A stretch of DNA of 64,000 nt from Carcharhinus amblyrhynchos (Eukaryota): NCBI GenBank assembly GCA_965287045.1, contig OZ336885.1, forward strand, positions 65,162,001 through 65,226,000. The letters run 5' to 3'. Positions 1 to 11,745 of the stretch are shown here, one piece after another. The position numbers and the translations under genes were made by a program. A model generated the notes under the pieces. That model ran no database searches. It saw only the letters and a list, made by a program, of their open reading frames with translations, and was not told where the DNA came from. Each line of letters opens with the position of its first letter. Position 1 is the first letter of the stretch.

Positions 1-189
1 CAACCACCAGACGCATGACCCAGTGCCGCCCCCCACCCCACCTATCCCAAAGCAGTATCCCGTCTTCTATCATGATCAGCGCCCTTCTTTTTTTCCAGTG
101 TAGGTGGTTTTGCAGCAGTACTGTACTTCCCATTTCACTTTTATCGCCAGATGTTTTATTTTTGCCACTGCTTCTTCCTCTTGTTTCCA

Positions 190-2330
190 CAGACGTCTGT
201 ATTGTGTAGACACCTGAAGGTATTCAATGAATTCGGCTTCATCACCGTTTCATCAGCTTGGGTGCCAGCTGTGGAATGTCTGGCAAAGGTAGCTTGCTAA
301 GGACTTCGGCATTTGCCAACAAACTTCTCAGCCGGTGCTCCAGCTGATATTGGCATTTTACCAGTAGTAATACCTGGCACTGTGATTCAGACTGACTCTA
401 TTCGTAATAGTGCTAAGTTGCCCTTGATGAGACCAAGCAGTGGTTTGTGATCAGCGATGATCGTGAATTTTCGCCCATATACGCACTGGTGGAATTACCG
501 TACTGCGAAAACTAAGATGATTCCTTCCTATGATCTGGATATACTTCTGTCCCACCATTGCTCAAGTCCTGCAGACACATATTATTGGCCGTCCTATACA
601 TTTGAGCATCTGTCTGCAAGAATTGCGCACACTACATATGAAGACGCAATTTAAATGAAAACAAACTATTCCCAGTGATCATGCTGCACTAAAACATTTG
701 CTGGGGAGAAACGGCGCAGTGGATCCAAAATGGAAGCCCTGTTTTGTGTCACTTCCCGAATGTACGTCACCAGCCCGAACAAGGACCTTAACTCTTGGAT
801 TATGGTGGGGTCATGACAACTTTTCCTGCCCACATTTGATCCTCTGGAGGATGTAGATCTGGCATATCATCATTGTGACCCAGAAAGATCACTGTGCGTG
901 CCAAAAAGAATCATTCTCCCTCTTTAAGTGCATGCCCGCTGCTGCACACCTAAACTCTTTCTCCAGGTTCTCTAGTGGTTTGGTCCTTCTTCTCCCCCGG
1001 ACGGGGATATCGTTCAGGTAAAAGTTATAAAATGTTCTCCATCATTCTCAGCGAAATATCGCAGATGCCGACGATCCCACGCCTTTTTTTTTGTAGACTG
1101 GAAATGCCCTTAAGTGGGCTGACTGTGAAGATTTTTTTTTGTGAATCTCTGTTAAACATCAGCAATAGCATGACTCAACTGCAGTTTGGAAAAGAGGAGT
1201 TGTCGCGCCAGTTTTGCGTATAATTCCTCAGTCCAGATATTTGGGCACTTATGAAGTTGTGAGAAACCATTTATTGTCTGATTAAAATTTCCACCAAGAC
1301 GATCCCTGCCGTCCGGCTTCAGAATAGGTACCACAGGGGCTACACTTTCCACAAACTGGACCGGTTTCATTCCGTCTTTGCCGTCCGATCTGTTGATTTC
1401 CATATTGACATTTTCTTTTAATGCGAATGGACTCTGCTGGGCGTGCCAGTATTTTGGCCTGCCTCTGAATCAACATGTAATGTCGTTTTTGCTCCTTTAA
1501 TTGCTCCTTGAATTTCTCGGAAAAAAGAAATTCTCCAGGCATTTGCATAGGGCCACGCTCAGAACATTTTTTTTTCAAAGCTGGAAGACATGCCACAAAT
1601 CTAGATCTCCTTCAATTAATTTCGCACCAGTCGGCTTTGTCCTGAACATTCCATTGCCATCAAAGTTACCTAATTCAATGGTATGCGGGTTAGGTTGATT
1701 GGCTCTGCTAAATAGCCCCTTAGTATCAGCCGATGTGTACATTAATCAGGATTAGCAGGGTAAATATGTGTGGTTGCGGGATAGGGGCTGGATGGGGTTG
1801 CTGTGAGTGCATTGTCGATGGGCCGAATGACTTCCTTCTTCACTGTAGAGTTTCTATGGTTTCCTATGATTTCAAACCAGTTGTTTTGCGCAAGTAATAA
1901 CACTTGTTGTGCCGAACACTCTGAATGTTCCCCTGAATAAGTCGTCACTCTTGCCGATATCTTGCTTCGAGATAAAGTTGGAGTTCATTGCGAGTTTTGT
2001 TGAACACTGTTTCACTCACCACGGATATGGCTGTGCCTGTGTCGATCTTCATTAATATTGGACGTCCATTCTGCGCATGGGCATTTTGATATATTCCTTT
2101 TTCTTCATTGTCATGTACAGTTTTTATTTCTCGTCGGAGCGAAGTGGGGCTTCAAAGATGTACATTCCACTGTACACTGGCTAACGTGTTATTTCCGAAA
2201 TGTCCGTTTTGGAACCTTGTCTTTCACCTCCGACTTTGAATGTTGGCAACAGTTGCAATACCTTGATTGGTGGGACTTAGCAACACTGCTCTCTGTCTCG
2301 CCCGAATTCGGCCTTATTTAGGAGTAGTTA
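190..2330 (-). mobile_element. Decayed Ty3/Gypsy LTR-retrotransposon internal region (protease-RT-RNaseH), with frameshifts and stops
   Basis: Minus-strand translations: protease NGRPILMKIDTGTAISVVSE (~2015-2070); RT PVQFVESVAPVVPILKPDG...ELYAKLA..LFSKLQLSHA (ORF 1152-1403); RNaseH FHQCVYGRKFTIIADHKPLLGL (~430-495); ANAEVLSKLPLP (~280-320). All match Gypsy pol motifs, in the correct order. Confidence 0.9.
1681..1870 (+). mobile_element. HE1/V-SINE-like SINE, 3' half, inserted in the Gypsy remnant
   Basis: gcgggttaggttgattggc...gatgggccgaatg...cactgtagagtttctatggtttctatgat matches the SINE body and tail at 45030-45490. Confidence 0.8.
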
Positions 2331-3299
2331 TGTGAGCGCCTTGGTCCTTAGATATCTGGATCCTACTTGAGGGCGCCTATATTTGTTGCCTGTCCCACAG
2401 TGGCAGTCATTTAACTTAATTGCATCGATGTGCACGTCTACCTATATTGAAATACTGTGTAAAGCATGTGCTCCGCTCCTCACTTTTTTTACATTTCCAA
2501 GAGCAACGCCAGCTGGAGGGACAAAACCAGATCGGGCTTCACAATCAAACGTGTTTCTATGATCACGTCATTTATTTCGCACATCAAAGGGTCTCCAAGA
2601 AATTTATTTAACGACAAATGCATGCATAAACCTCTGCTCATCGTATTCTTGCTGTCAGCAAATTCGGGGCTCACTCCCCATCTCTCTGAATGCTGAGTAA
2701 CACAGATGCATTCGTAAGATCAGAGGGGGCTTCGCGTAGCAGTTACAAAGTCCATCAATTCCTGAAAGGTTTTCGTGATTTGTGCTTCCAGTAAAGTTAA
2801 ACTATTCATTCCGACGAAAGCTTTTGCCCACAAGCCGTCAGCTGAATGATGCATTCCTGGGAATTTCTCAATAGCTCTGAATAAATGATTCATCCGATCT
2901 GCATATTGGGCCTAGTCATCCACGACAGGGTCAAAAGAATCTAATTTCCAGAATCGAGGCACGTTCGGCAGACAATGGATTCTCCTCGATGTTAGTCGCT
3001 GATAGTAAGCAACTTCTTCAAGTCGGTATTTTTTGTCGGCTCTGTAATAAGTCCTCGGATCAAAAGTCCTTTCGCAAAATTCCCTCCATTTTCAACTCTC
3101 AGAAGATCATACTTATTGATTTCAGTTAGCACTCTACACTAGGGTTTAAAATGGAACAGGCACGCCTCGTCAAGTTCAAAACAAAAGGTTAAGTGCAAAA
3201 CGCTGCCTAATTGGACCGTTAATTGTCCTCAGACAAGGAATTCATATTTTAAAAGGCCATCCTCAGTTGCCTGGTTCCACTCATTACAAATGTCCAAAC

Positions 3300-3460
3300 G
3301 ATTTATGTGGAATCAAGAGCTTTGGGAGCGGTGATCCTGATGAAGTTGTAGCCCTCCAAAAGTTCGTGATTCCAAATAAATCCGTTGGATTTTAATCTGG
3401 TTTTGTGAGTTGTCTTACTGTGCCCACCCCAGTCCAACGCTGGCATTTTTTCATCACATA
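3300..3460 (+). mobile_element. Penelope-like element terminal (pLTR) fragment
   Basis: ctgatgaag...ccaaataaatccgttggattttaatctggttttgtgag...ccccagtccaacgctggcat is the same terminal sequence as 37460-37590 and 41070-41455. Confidence 0.7.
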
Positions 3461-4339
3461 TATTTCCATTTGATGTAAGCAGTGAAAAGTGTATTTCCTG
3501 TCAACATTGCCCAGGTTCCTCACAAAAAAAACAATTGTTTTCGATGCCAAGCCTCATCTGTTTATATGTAACCTGTTCTATCCTTTCCAGTCTCCTTTGT
3601 TTTGCATGTCAACGTAATTCAAATCATTGTTGGTAAACTTCTCAGTTCTCTTTTGACGGATATTGCATCATCGGTGCAGTGTGCTGAACAAGAATATACA
3701 GAAAATGCCAATTAAAAAACTGGCGAAGTAGGTGTATAATTTCACGTTTTCATTAATGTTTCAGTATTCAGTACCACTCCCAATAGATTAAGCATGACAT
3801 CCACTTTATTCACAAAGATTGCATGCCTGAGTTGCCAACTGCAAGAACTTTTGACGATGACCACACATTTATTATAAGTTCAACATTAATTCATATTGAT
3901 CCATTTATTGAGTTTTCCTATGCAATTCTTATCAACTCGAAAAAAAAGACCTTACAAATTTTCAAGGTAGGATTTAATTTTTCACTGCCCCACCCACTCA
4001 ATCAATCCATTCAAACAATTCCAAAATCTATCAATTTCATCTCAATTGCAGGAAGTCGTTTTTCGAAGTACCGTAATTGGGACATGTTAATTGCGAATGA
4101 TAAAATGTGAAGGGATATTCCGTGTGTATTCCTAAATTCGTTACACTGGCCGGCTGGAAGTGACCTTCTGGACTCCTTGCTATATAGCTTGATTGCAGGG
4201 TTGGTGTAAAGAATTTCACGAATTGGTCTGACGATTTCAGCGGAACAAAGTACTGAAAAGATTTTAAAAATGCTGAGCATCTGAAAGCATTGCACCACTA
4301 TTTTTTTTCATGTTGTTTACCTTTGAAGGACATGTGTAC

Positions 4340-4560
4340 GGTTAGTAGGACAGCGGAGTGGCATAATGGTTAATGTACCATCATAGCAGGAGGGGCAGGG
4401 ATTGATTGTAGCCTTTGGTGAATTAAAGTATGAAGTTTGCACCTTCTCCCTATAACTGTATATGTTTGGGATATTAGAAAGCTAACAATGTGGGGCTGTG
4501 GGGATAGGACAGGAGGATGCTGAATACGAAGTCCTGAAATGTCAGCAACGAACTTTCCTG
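4340..4560 (+). mobile_element. Highly degraded tRNA-derived SINE (HE1-like)
   Basis: A-box-like gtggcataatggtta, then gaagtttgcaccttctcccc and gtggggatagg motifs shared with better-preserved copies. Confidence 0.4.
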
Positions 4561-6512
4561 AAAAATAGAGAGATAACTCTTGGCCTTTCTAAGTCACAGC
4601 TTATCCTTTCTTTCAGGATGGTTTCAAATAGTTGTCCCACTGCTGAAATATAGGTCTATAATTCTCTGATCTTTCTCCAATACACATTTCCTATACTCCC
4701 TCATGTCTGTGATCTGGCGTTTGCCCTGTAAGTTTCAGAAAATTATGCTCGCAGGATTCAGTAGGTTGTTCCAATGTTAACAAACAGCATGAGACACAGT
4801 CAATGTTGTGAGAGCAATACACACAAATTCACTGATGCAAGACCCATCAGGATTTCACAGTTCACTGTGTTATAGGAAATAATATGCCACACAAATAGCC
4901 TTTCGACAGAAATCGTGTGACTTTTTTTTAGTGAACACGATGCAAAACAACTTAATCAGAAGACTGTGAACACAATCCTTTTCAAATAGTTCGTGGCGCT
5001 GGCCGTTTTCTTGACACGTGTTTTGTCGACTTGATGACTGAATATTCCTTCTGCGCAATAGATTTTCTATTTTGACCCACACGAAGACATGTACCTCCAT
5101 AATAAGCATTACTATTTACTTCGTTTTTCACTTGCTCTTAGTGTACGATTATATTTTACGTAATTATTTCATTTAGCTGCAGTGTATTTCTCTGTTTCCA
5201 CTTTGACTCGCGACATTATATTAACTTCACGATGTACTTGGCTTAATCGGCTATGCTTCCTAACTTATTACCTCAATTGTGATTGTTGCAATGTATGTTT
5301 ATTGTTTGTGTTGGCTTGCATGCTTCTGCAGAATACGAGTCTGTATTGTTTGATGTGCCAACATTTTTTTTTCGTGGCATACCGGAGTTTTGCCTGCAGA
5401 ATAACGCTTTATTATGCGTCCAACTTTTGTATCTTTTTATTTCTAGTAGTTGTTCCAGGCAACTCTGGTTGTTTTGCATCTTTGACCTCCTAAATTATAC
5501 TTGTGAGCAACTAGAGATGTCGATTTTAATTCATATCCGTATTTTTTTTTTCATAATGAATCTGAAAACAAATGTATTTTGAACAGTAACATTAATTTTA
5601 TACCCATTTTCTACTTCATTTGCCTTGTATCCAAAATTCAATTTAACATACATTTACATTGCCTTTTTTTCTGCTGATTAATGTGAACCATTGACTGTTG
5701 TTTAAAACGTGTGGAGGTTTTGTAACCTTCACGCCATTTATCAATTTATGTTGTTGAAGCTGAAGAAACAAATATTGGATGGCCAATTGTTTCGCGATAA
5801 AAACATGTTTATATATTAGCCTTCCTAAAACCCATGTGCCATTGCTCTCTCACAACATTCTGTCCCCGTTTAGTTAATAATTGCATTCACTGTACATGAT
5901 AAATTCGGTGTTTCATTTAATATTCATGCCTGGCCACAGATGTACTTGGTTCCTTCGATACACAGGTCAAACGAATAACTGGTTATACACCTCTACACAT
6001 GGTATCTGATAATTTCATATCCACGGTGATTGTGCATGCATTTTTGCCCCTACTTAGGTCAAATTGCAAGCTGCAGAGTTCAAGATGCAAGGAGTGCAAC
6101 AATGTTGATTGATTTAAATACGCAAAATACATATTTTCCTTTCGTCGTTTTAACATAACAAATGAAGGACTGTTGCCAATTCAAATGTAGTTATTTATGG
6201 TTATTTTAGGCCTAATTCATATTTTAAAACAAAAAAAAAGCTCCACTGGTCTTGTAGCTCATTGTGGGGGGTGTGTGTGTGTGTGTTGTGGGGGCGGGGG
6301 GGGGGAGGGTGGGGAGGCGGTGGGGGTGGTACTCAATTAAGACAAAAATGTTCAGTCTGATTCTTGAATCCGGACAGACCTCAGGTATATAAGCGAGGTC
6401 TACTGTGCAACCAACACAAAATGCATTCTGCAGAAAAGTAAGCAAGAGACTCGAAATAACGTGGGACTTCAACGGGAGGGAGGAATTGCCAAGCGTTGAC
6501 TCAAGTAATATA

Positions 6513-7240
6513 AGGACCTCGGGGTCCCTGTGCATGAGTCGCAAAAACCCAGCTTGCAGGTGCAGCAGGTGGTCAGGAAGGCGAATGGATGCTGGCCTTC
6601 ATAGCGAGGGGGATTGAATATAAAAGTAGGGAGGTCTTGCTGCAGCTGTATAGGGCATTGGTGAGGCCGCAGCTGGAGTACTGTGTGCACTTTTGGGCGC
6701 CGCACCTGCACAAGGATATTTTGGCCTTGGAGGGAGTGCAGAGGAGGTTTACTAGGCTGATACCGGAGTTGAGGGGATTGAGCTATGAGGAGAGGCTGAA
6801 TAAACTAGGCTTGTACTCGTTAGAGTTTAGAAGAATGAGGGGAGATCTCATTGAGACGTATAAGATGATGAATGGGATGGATAGGATAGAGGTGGAGAGA
6901 GTCTTCCCGCTCAAAAAAGACAGTAGGACTAGGGGGCACCGCCTCAAGATAAAGGGGAGGCGGTTTAGAACGGAGTTGAGGAGGAACTTCTTCACTCAAA
7001 GGGTGGTGAATCTCTGGAATTCTCTGCCCGTTGAAGTGGTGGAGGCTGCCTCGCTAAATATTTTTAAGAAGCGGGTTGATGGGTTCTTGATAAGAGAGGG
7101 GATTAAGGGTTATGGGGAGAGGGCGGGAAAGTGGAACTGAGCCACGACAGATCAGCCATGATCTTATTGAATGGCGGGGCAGGCTCGAAGGGCTAGATGG
7201 CCTACTCCTGCTCCTATTTCTTATGTTCTTATGTTCTTAT
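6513..7240 (+). mobile_element. Young 5'-truncated CR1-type LINE (ORF2 C-terminus and 3' UTR)
   Basis: ORF 6589-7140 (LYRALVRPQLEYCVHFW...RRMRGDLIETYK...FFTQRVVNLWNSLP) is the CR1 ORF2 C-terminus. Tail (ttcttatg)n. Flanked by direct repeat taatata at 6506-6512 and 7241-7247. Confidence 0.95.
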
Positions 7241-8243
7241 TAATATAGTTGAAGCTATGACAGGAGTCGAGCAGAAATTAAGCTTCACAGAGTTGTGTGG
7301 GACCAACCGAAGCAACTGCTTGAAATGTGAGGCTGTTTCTTGTGATGTTTGATGGTGTTTAAACTTAAATGCGCGTTCTCTGTTATTTAACGAAAAAAAC
7401 GGCCTGAATTGTCATTGTGTCTACAAGAAATAGCTCACTAATTTGAAAAAAAAATCACAGAGAGGAAAAAAAAAACACCTGGTTTTCGGGTTTCAAGACC
7501 TTGAATCGGAATTTCAGAGCGCTTTCATAGCAATTTTTTTCTGAATATATTTTCGCCAGTATTAATCAAGTGCAGTCATTAGTGTTTTCTCGAACGGCGC
7601 TGTCACTGGAAACATCATAATACATTGAAATAAAACATGTCGCCGAACTTCGAATAGCAACTTCCCAGCCAAGTAAACCACACCCCAATTATCGAAGCCA
7701 GAATATCCAATGGTGCTCCTGGCCTCACGGGAATTATGCAAGATCTATCCAAGTTTTCCTGAATGTGAAAACGACAACATTTCGCTTTCGGCCGCGTGGT
7801 ACTTGTCATTTGGTATCATAAATGCTATCAGCTTTGAAATTAGACATCTATCAATCTCATGTGTTTGCCACAGTGACCAGCTGTAGATTGATACCCAAAA
7901 CATGGGGATCAATGTTTTGCTCCTGATGATATTTAAGATTCACTTGTTTCACCAAGACATCACTATCATTCACATCTGTCCTTACAAGACAAGATGCACC
8001 ATGGAATTGAACTGGGCCAGCGTGTAGTCATTTCCATCTATTTATTCTATTTGTTGTTGATTCACCCATATAATATGCTGTTGCCCATTATATATTTGAC
8101 TGAAGTTCTCTGATGCTTTGTTTAATTCTTTAATTATCAGTAGCCGTTTCTGTTGCAAGTTGTGTTTTTAAATGCATGTGCAAAACGTAGCTTCCTTTCC
8201 GAACAATAGATGTTCACCAACAAAGCAAGGTAAGTTTCTCGTA

Positions 8244-8320
8244 TTATGTTGTATGATGTTTCTCAATCTCAGTGACCCCGTGTAACGTTTCATCTCCTGG
8301 ACTATTGGAGAAGTGGAAAG
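8244..8320 (-). CDS. Candidate terminal coding exon of the putative micro-exon gene: (A)FHFSNSPGDETLHGVTEIEKHHTT*
   Basis: Strong minus-strand acceptor tttttttttgtttcctttccacag. Phase-1 reading ends at TAA 8244-8246. Lies 342 nt downstream of the 21-nt exon at 8663. Confidence 0.3.
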
Positions 8321-8662
8321 CTGTGGAAAGGAAACAAAAAAAAATGGACAGCAAAAAATCGTTGTCCCTCCAACTCCATATGCACTGCTGCCCAAAACTC
8401 TCTGTAATTGTACTATGTTAGAAAGCTTTGTGTAACTCCTAAATTGACAATTACATCGGACGTTATGGCATTTGCTTGCATTGTTTTTTTTTCTGTCATT
8501 CTCTTCAGCGAAGAACAAATTGGCTTTTGAAACGCTGCTCGTATGACTAAAATAAACCCAAAATAGTGATTGCAACATCAAATATGCTTTGCTAGAACGT
8601 GCAGCATTGATTCAAAGGATCATCAATGGTAATGCAAAATGGAGAATTCGTTGACGACTCAC

Positions 8663-8683
8663 CTTCCCGACAGCGGGCTCGTT
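8663..8683 (-). CDS. Candidate 21-nt micro-exon, phase 1: (E)RARCRE
   Basis: ctgaacag|AACGAGCCCGCTGTCGGGAAG|gtgagt, preceded by an ~168-nt pyrimidine-rich, AG-free tract (8686-8853). Confidence 0.5.
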
Positions 8684-8934
8684 CTGTTCAGTCCGCAATC
8701 AGATAGGGAGAGTAATGGAGCAAGTGATAGTGCAAAATAGTGTAAAAGAGGTAGGTCAAGAGGGAGGGTACGATTAAGACAGAGGGAGTGAGGGATGGGG
8801 GATGAAAAATAAGGAAAATTAATGACAAAATGCACCACAAAAACAATGGTCAACTTATTTACTCATATAATTGATGATTGGAATTTGCAGTTTATTGTTA
8901 AGAAATTGTGAAATATGTTTTGTTTTTAGACAAT

Positions 8935-9875
8935 AATAGGGGGCGTCAATAGTAAGTTTGCAGATGACACTAAAACTGGTTACATGGTGAACAGTGAGAA
9001 CGGTTATCTCCAATTGCAGCGGGATCTTGAGTAATTGGGCCAGTGGGCTGACGAATGGCAGATGAGTTTAATTCAGACAAATGTGAGGTAATGCGTTTTG
9101 GTAGATTGAACCAGGGGAAGACTTATTCAGTTAATGTTGGGGCGTTGGGGAGAGTTAGAGAACAAAAAGACCTAGGAGTACATGTTCGTAGCCCCTTGAA
9201 ACCGAAGGCACATGCACAGAGTGGTGAAGAAGGCGTTCAGCATGCTTGGTTTGATCGGTCAGAACATTGAATACTGGACTTGGGACGTTGTGTTTATGTT
9301 GTACAAGACGTTATTTAGGACACACGGAATATTGTGTGCAATTCTGGTCGCCCTATTATAGAAAGGATACTATTATACTAGGAAGAGTGTAGAAAAGATT
9401 TACTAAGATGCTACCAGAACTTGATGGATTGAGTTATAAAAAGAGGCTGAATAGACTGGGACTTTTGCCTCAGAGGCTGTGGAGTGATCTTATAGAGGCC
9501 AATAAAATAATGAGGAACATAGACAAGTAGATAGTCAACATCACTCCACAAAGATCGAGGAGACTAAAACTAAAGGCATAGGTTTAAGATGAGAAAAGGA
9601 GAGATACAAAAGTGTCCAGACGGTCATTTTGTTCACGCAGAGACTGGTGAGTGTCAGGAACAAGCTGCCAGAGGTAGTAGCAGAGGCGGGTACAATTTTC
9701 TCTTTTGAGAAAGAGCATTGAAATAGTTGCGTGGCTACGATGGATATAGAGGGATATGGGTCAGATGCGGGCAATTGGGATTATTCTAAGAGTTTAAAAA
9801 GAAAAGGGCGGCATGGACAAGTTGGGGCAAAGGGCCTGTTTCCATGCTGTAAACTTATATGAATCTATGACTCTA
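8935..9875 (+). mobile_element. Older CR1 LINE 3' fragment (RT end to tail)
   Basis: aagtttgcagatgacactaaa (KFADDTK), FNSDKCEVMRFGR, tail ending ctatgactcta; multiple stops. Confidence 0.9.
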
Positions 9876-11518
9876 CATATGACTGTTGATCTCTCGAGTT
9901 TTTTTTTGTAATTTGTAACACTGCGTCCAACGCGCAAATACGTACAGAATTGTACAAATGCTATTGCTTGCATGTCTACTCATCAAAATTGCCTTTGACA
10001 TTGTGTTTAATTCAGTTAAGATATTATGAAGTCAGTGTCCAAATCCTATTCAGGATCCAAAATTATCTTGCCAAATGAAAACAAAAACATTTAACTTAAC
10101 CCAGGCTCCGTCGACAGTTCAATCCATATCAGGACAAGACAATTATCGAGTATCTGTTTCACAAATTCATAATACAGCCTGCAGCCCTTCCGATTCCGTA
10201 GCAACATAAGTGTAGCAAGTATAATACATTTCGTTAATATTACTTCAGACGAATTATTTCACAAACATAAAGAAGAGAATATTGCAGCCATCAGACAAAC
10301 ATTTATTTTATAATCAGCAGTAGTTGAAAATATAATGCGTGCAACAATTGTCACAGGCCTCTCTTTGCACAGAAGTGTTTGAAAACGTTCAACTCTTCAA
10401 TTCGGACGCACACACAAAAACATTTGATATATTAACTTTTCTTCAATTTGTTTCTCCTGCGATTCCGTTACAATTCTAAATTTAATAAAACAGCCTAAAG
10501 GAAATTTAAATCTGTGTCATGTACCTCATTAAACTAATACCTGTTCAACTCAGAACTACATGTAAAATACAGCAGCTTTGTCTGTGCGGATTTCAGAATT
10601 TACCGCTAGTGCAATCTTAACCTTCACAGCTATCTCAGAATAAATATATGCAAGTGCGGAATTACTCTGGCTTAGTCGCATGCTATAAGAGCATACTAAA
10701 AAGGAACTGTAGTAAATTGACAAATATTTATTTCCTGCGATATAAATAAACCCCTCAGTTGTAATATTGGTTCAAATTTAAAACAGAACCTCATTTCGTT
10801 TCCATAGCTTTCCTGAAATTTGAATGTGCATTAAACGATTGGTCAATTTGCTTTAAACGTTGACATATAATACCAATTTCCGTGAGTCCATAACATTCAT
10901 TAACGCACCTGCCTCCCAAAATCTGTAAGTCTATGGTCGCGTTGCCCACCAGCATTAAAAACTAGACAAATACTGACATATTTGTAATTATGTGGCAAAC
11001 ACTCATCCTTATATCTACGAACTGTACAAATGCCTTTGCCTCTTCTTGTTCTACCTGTTTTTTTTTAAGTAAACTGTCTAAGAATTCATATTTGTCTCAC
11101 TGGCACAAATTATGTTCTTCCATCGCTTCACATGTTTGCCAGGCAAAATATGACATCACATATGTTAATCGCATTGATTTTAGAACTTTGTCTTCTCCTT
11201 CTTTTGTTCAAGAGTGTGATCTGTTGCTCCATTGCCTTCGATTAAATGTGCATGCCTAAGTGCCCTATCTATTATTTTCTGTAGAGTAACCGTGTTCTAC
11301 CTTTCTGTGTCTCAATTCCATAACCGGTTTGTGCCTCTGCACTATGTTTTTTTTTTACTTTTGATACCTATTGGCATTTCTTAGTCCATTTTCATACAGG
11401 TTCTGTTGTCACTTTTCTAAAACTATATGCATCTCGATCTCAATATAGATTCCGTGTCCCGCCATGTCTTCCATGCATTTGCTCTATCTGCATGAGGTCA
11501 AATGCATTCCTAGGATCA

Positions 11519-11542
11519 TTATATATATATATATATATATAT
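11519..11542. repeat. (TA)n microsatellite
   Basis: Direct read. Confidence 0.95.
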
Positions 11543-11715
11543 GCACTTTCTCACAATATCAAATAAGTATGGAGAAATCCTGGATGTGGGGTGTTAGAAT
11601 TCTGGCATAAACGGATTTTATTTCATTTTTGACAACTTTTCAGTGATAGCTGGCTCTCATCATTCCGATTGTCCTAATTTCACACTTAAGTAAAACGAAT
11701 CCATTGCATCCTTAC

Positions 11716-11745
11716 CATATTTGCACCAGGCGAAATTTTTATCCT
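11716..11745 (-). CDS. Candidate 30-nt micro-exon, phase 1: (E)DKNFAWCKY
   Basis: ttctttttttccttttcctag|AGGATAAAAATTTCGCCTGGTGCAAATATG|gtaagg; near-consensus sites at both ends. Confidence 0.55.

Noticed and set aside
361-400. Minus-strand cacagtgccaggtattactac resembling an RSS heptamer or an Ig V 'DSAVYYC' end
   Set aside because: It lies inside the Gypsy RNaseH remnant, with no nonamer and no V-domain frame.
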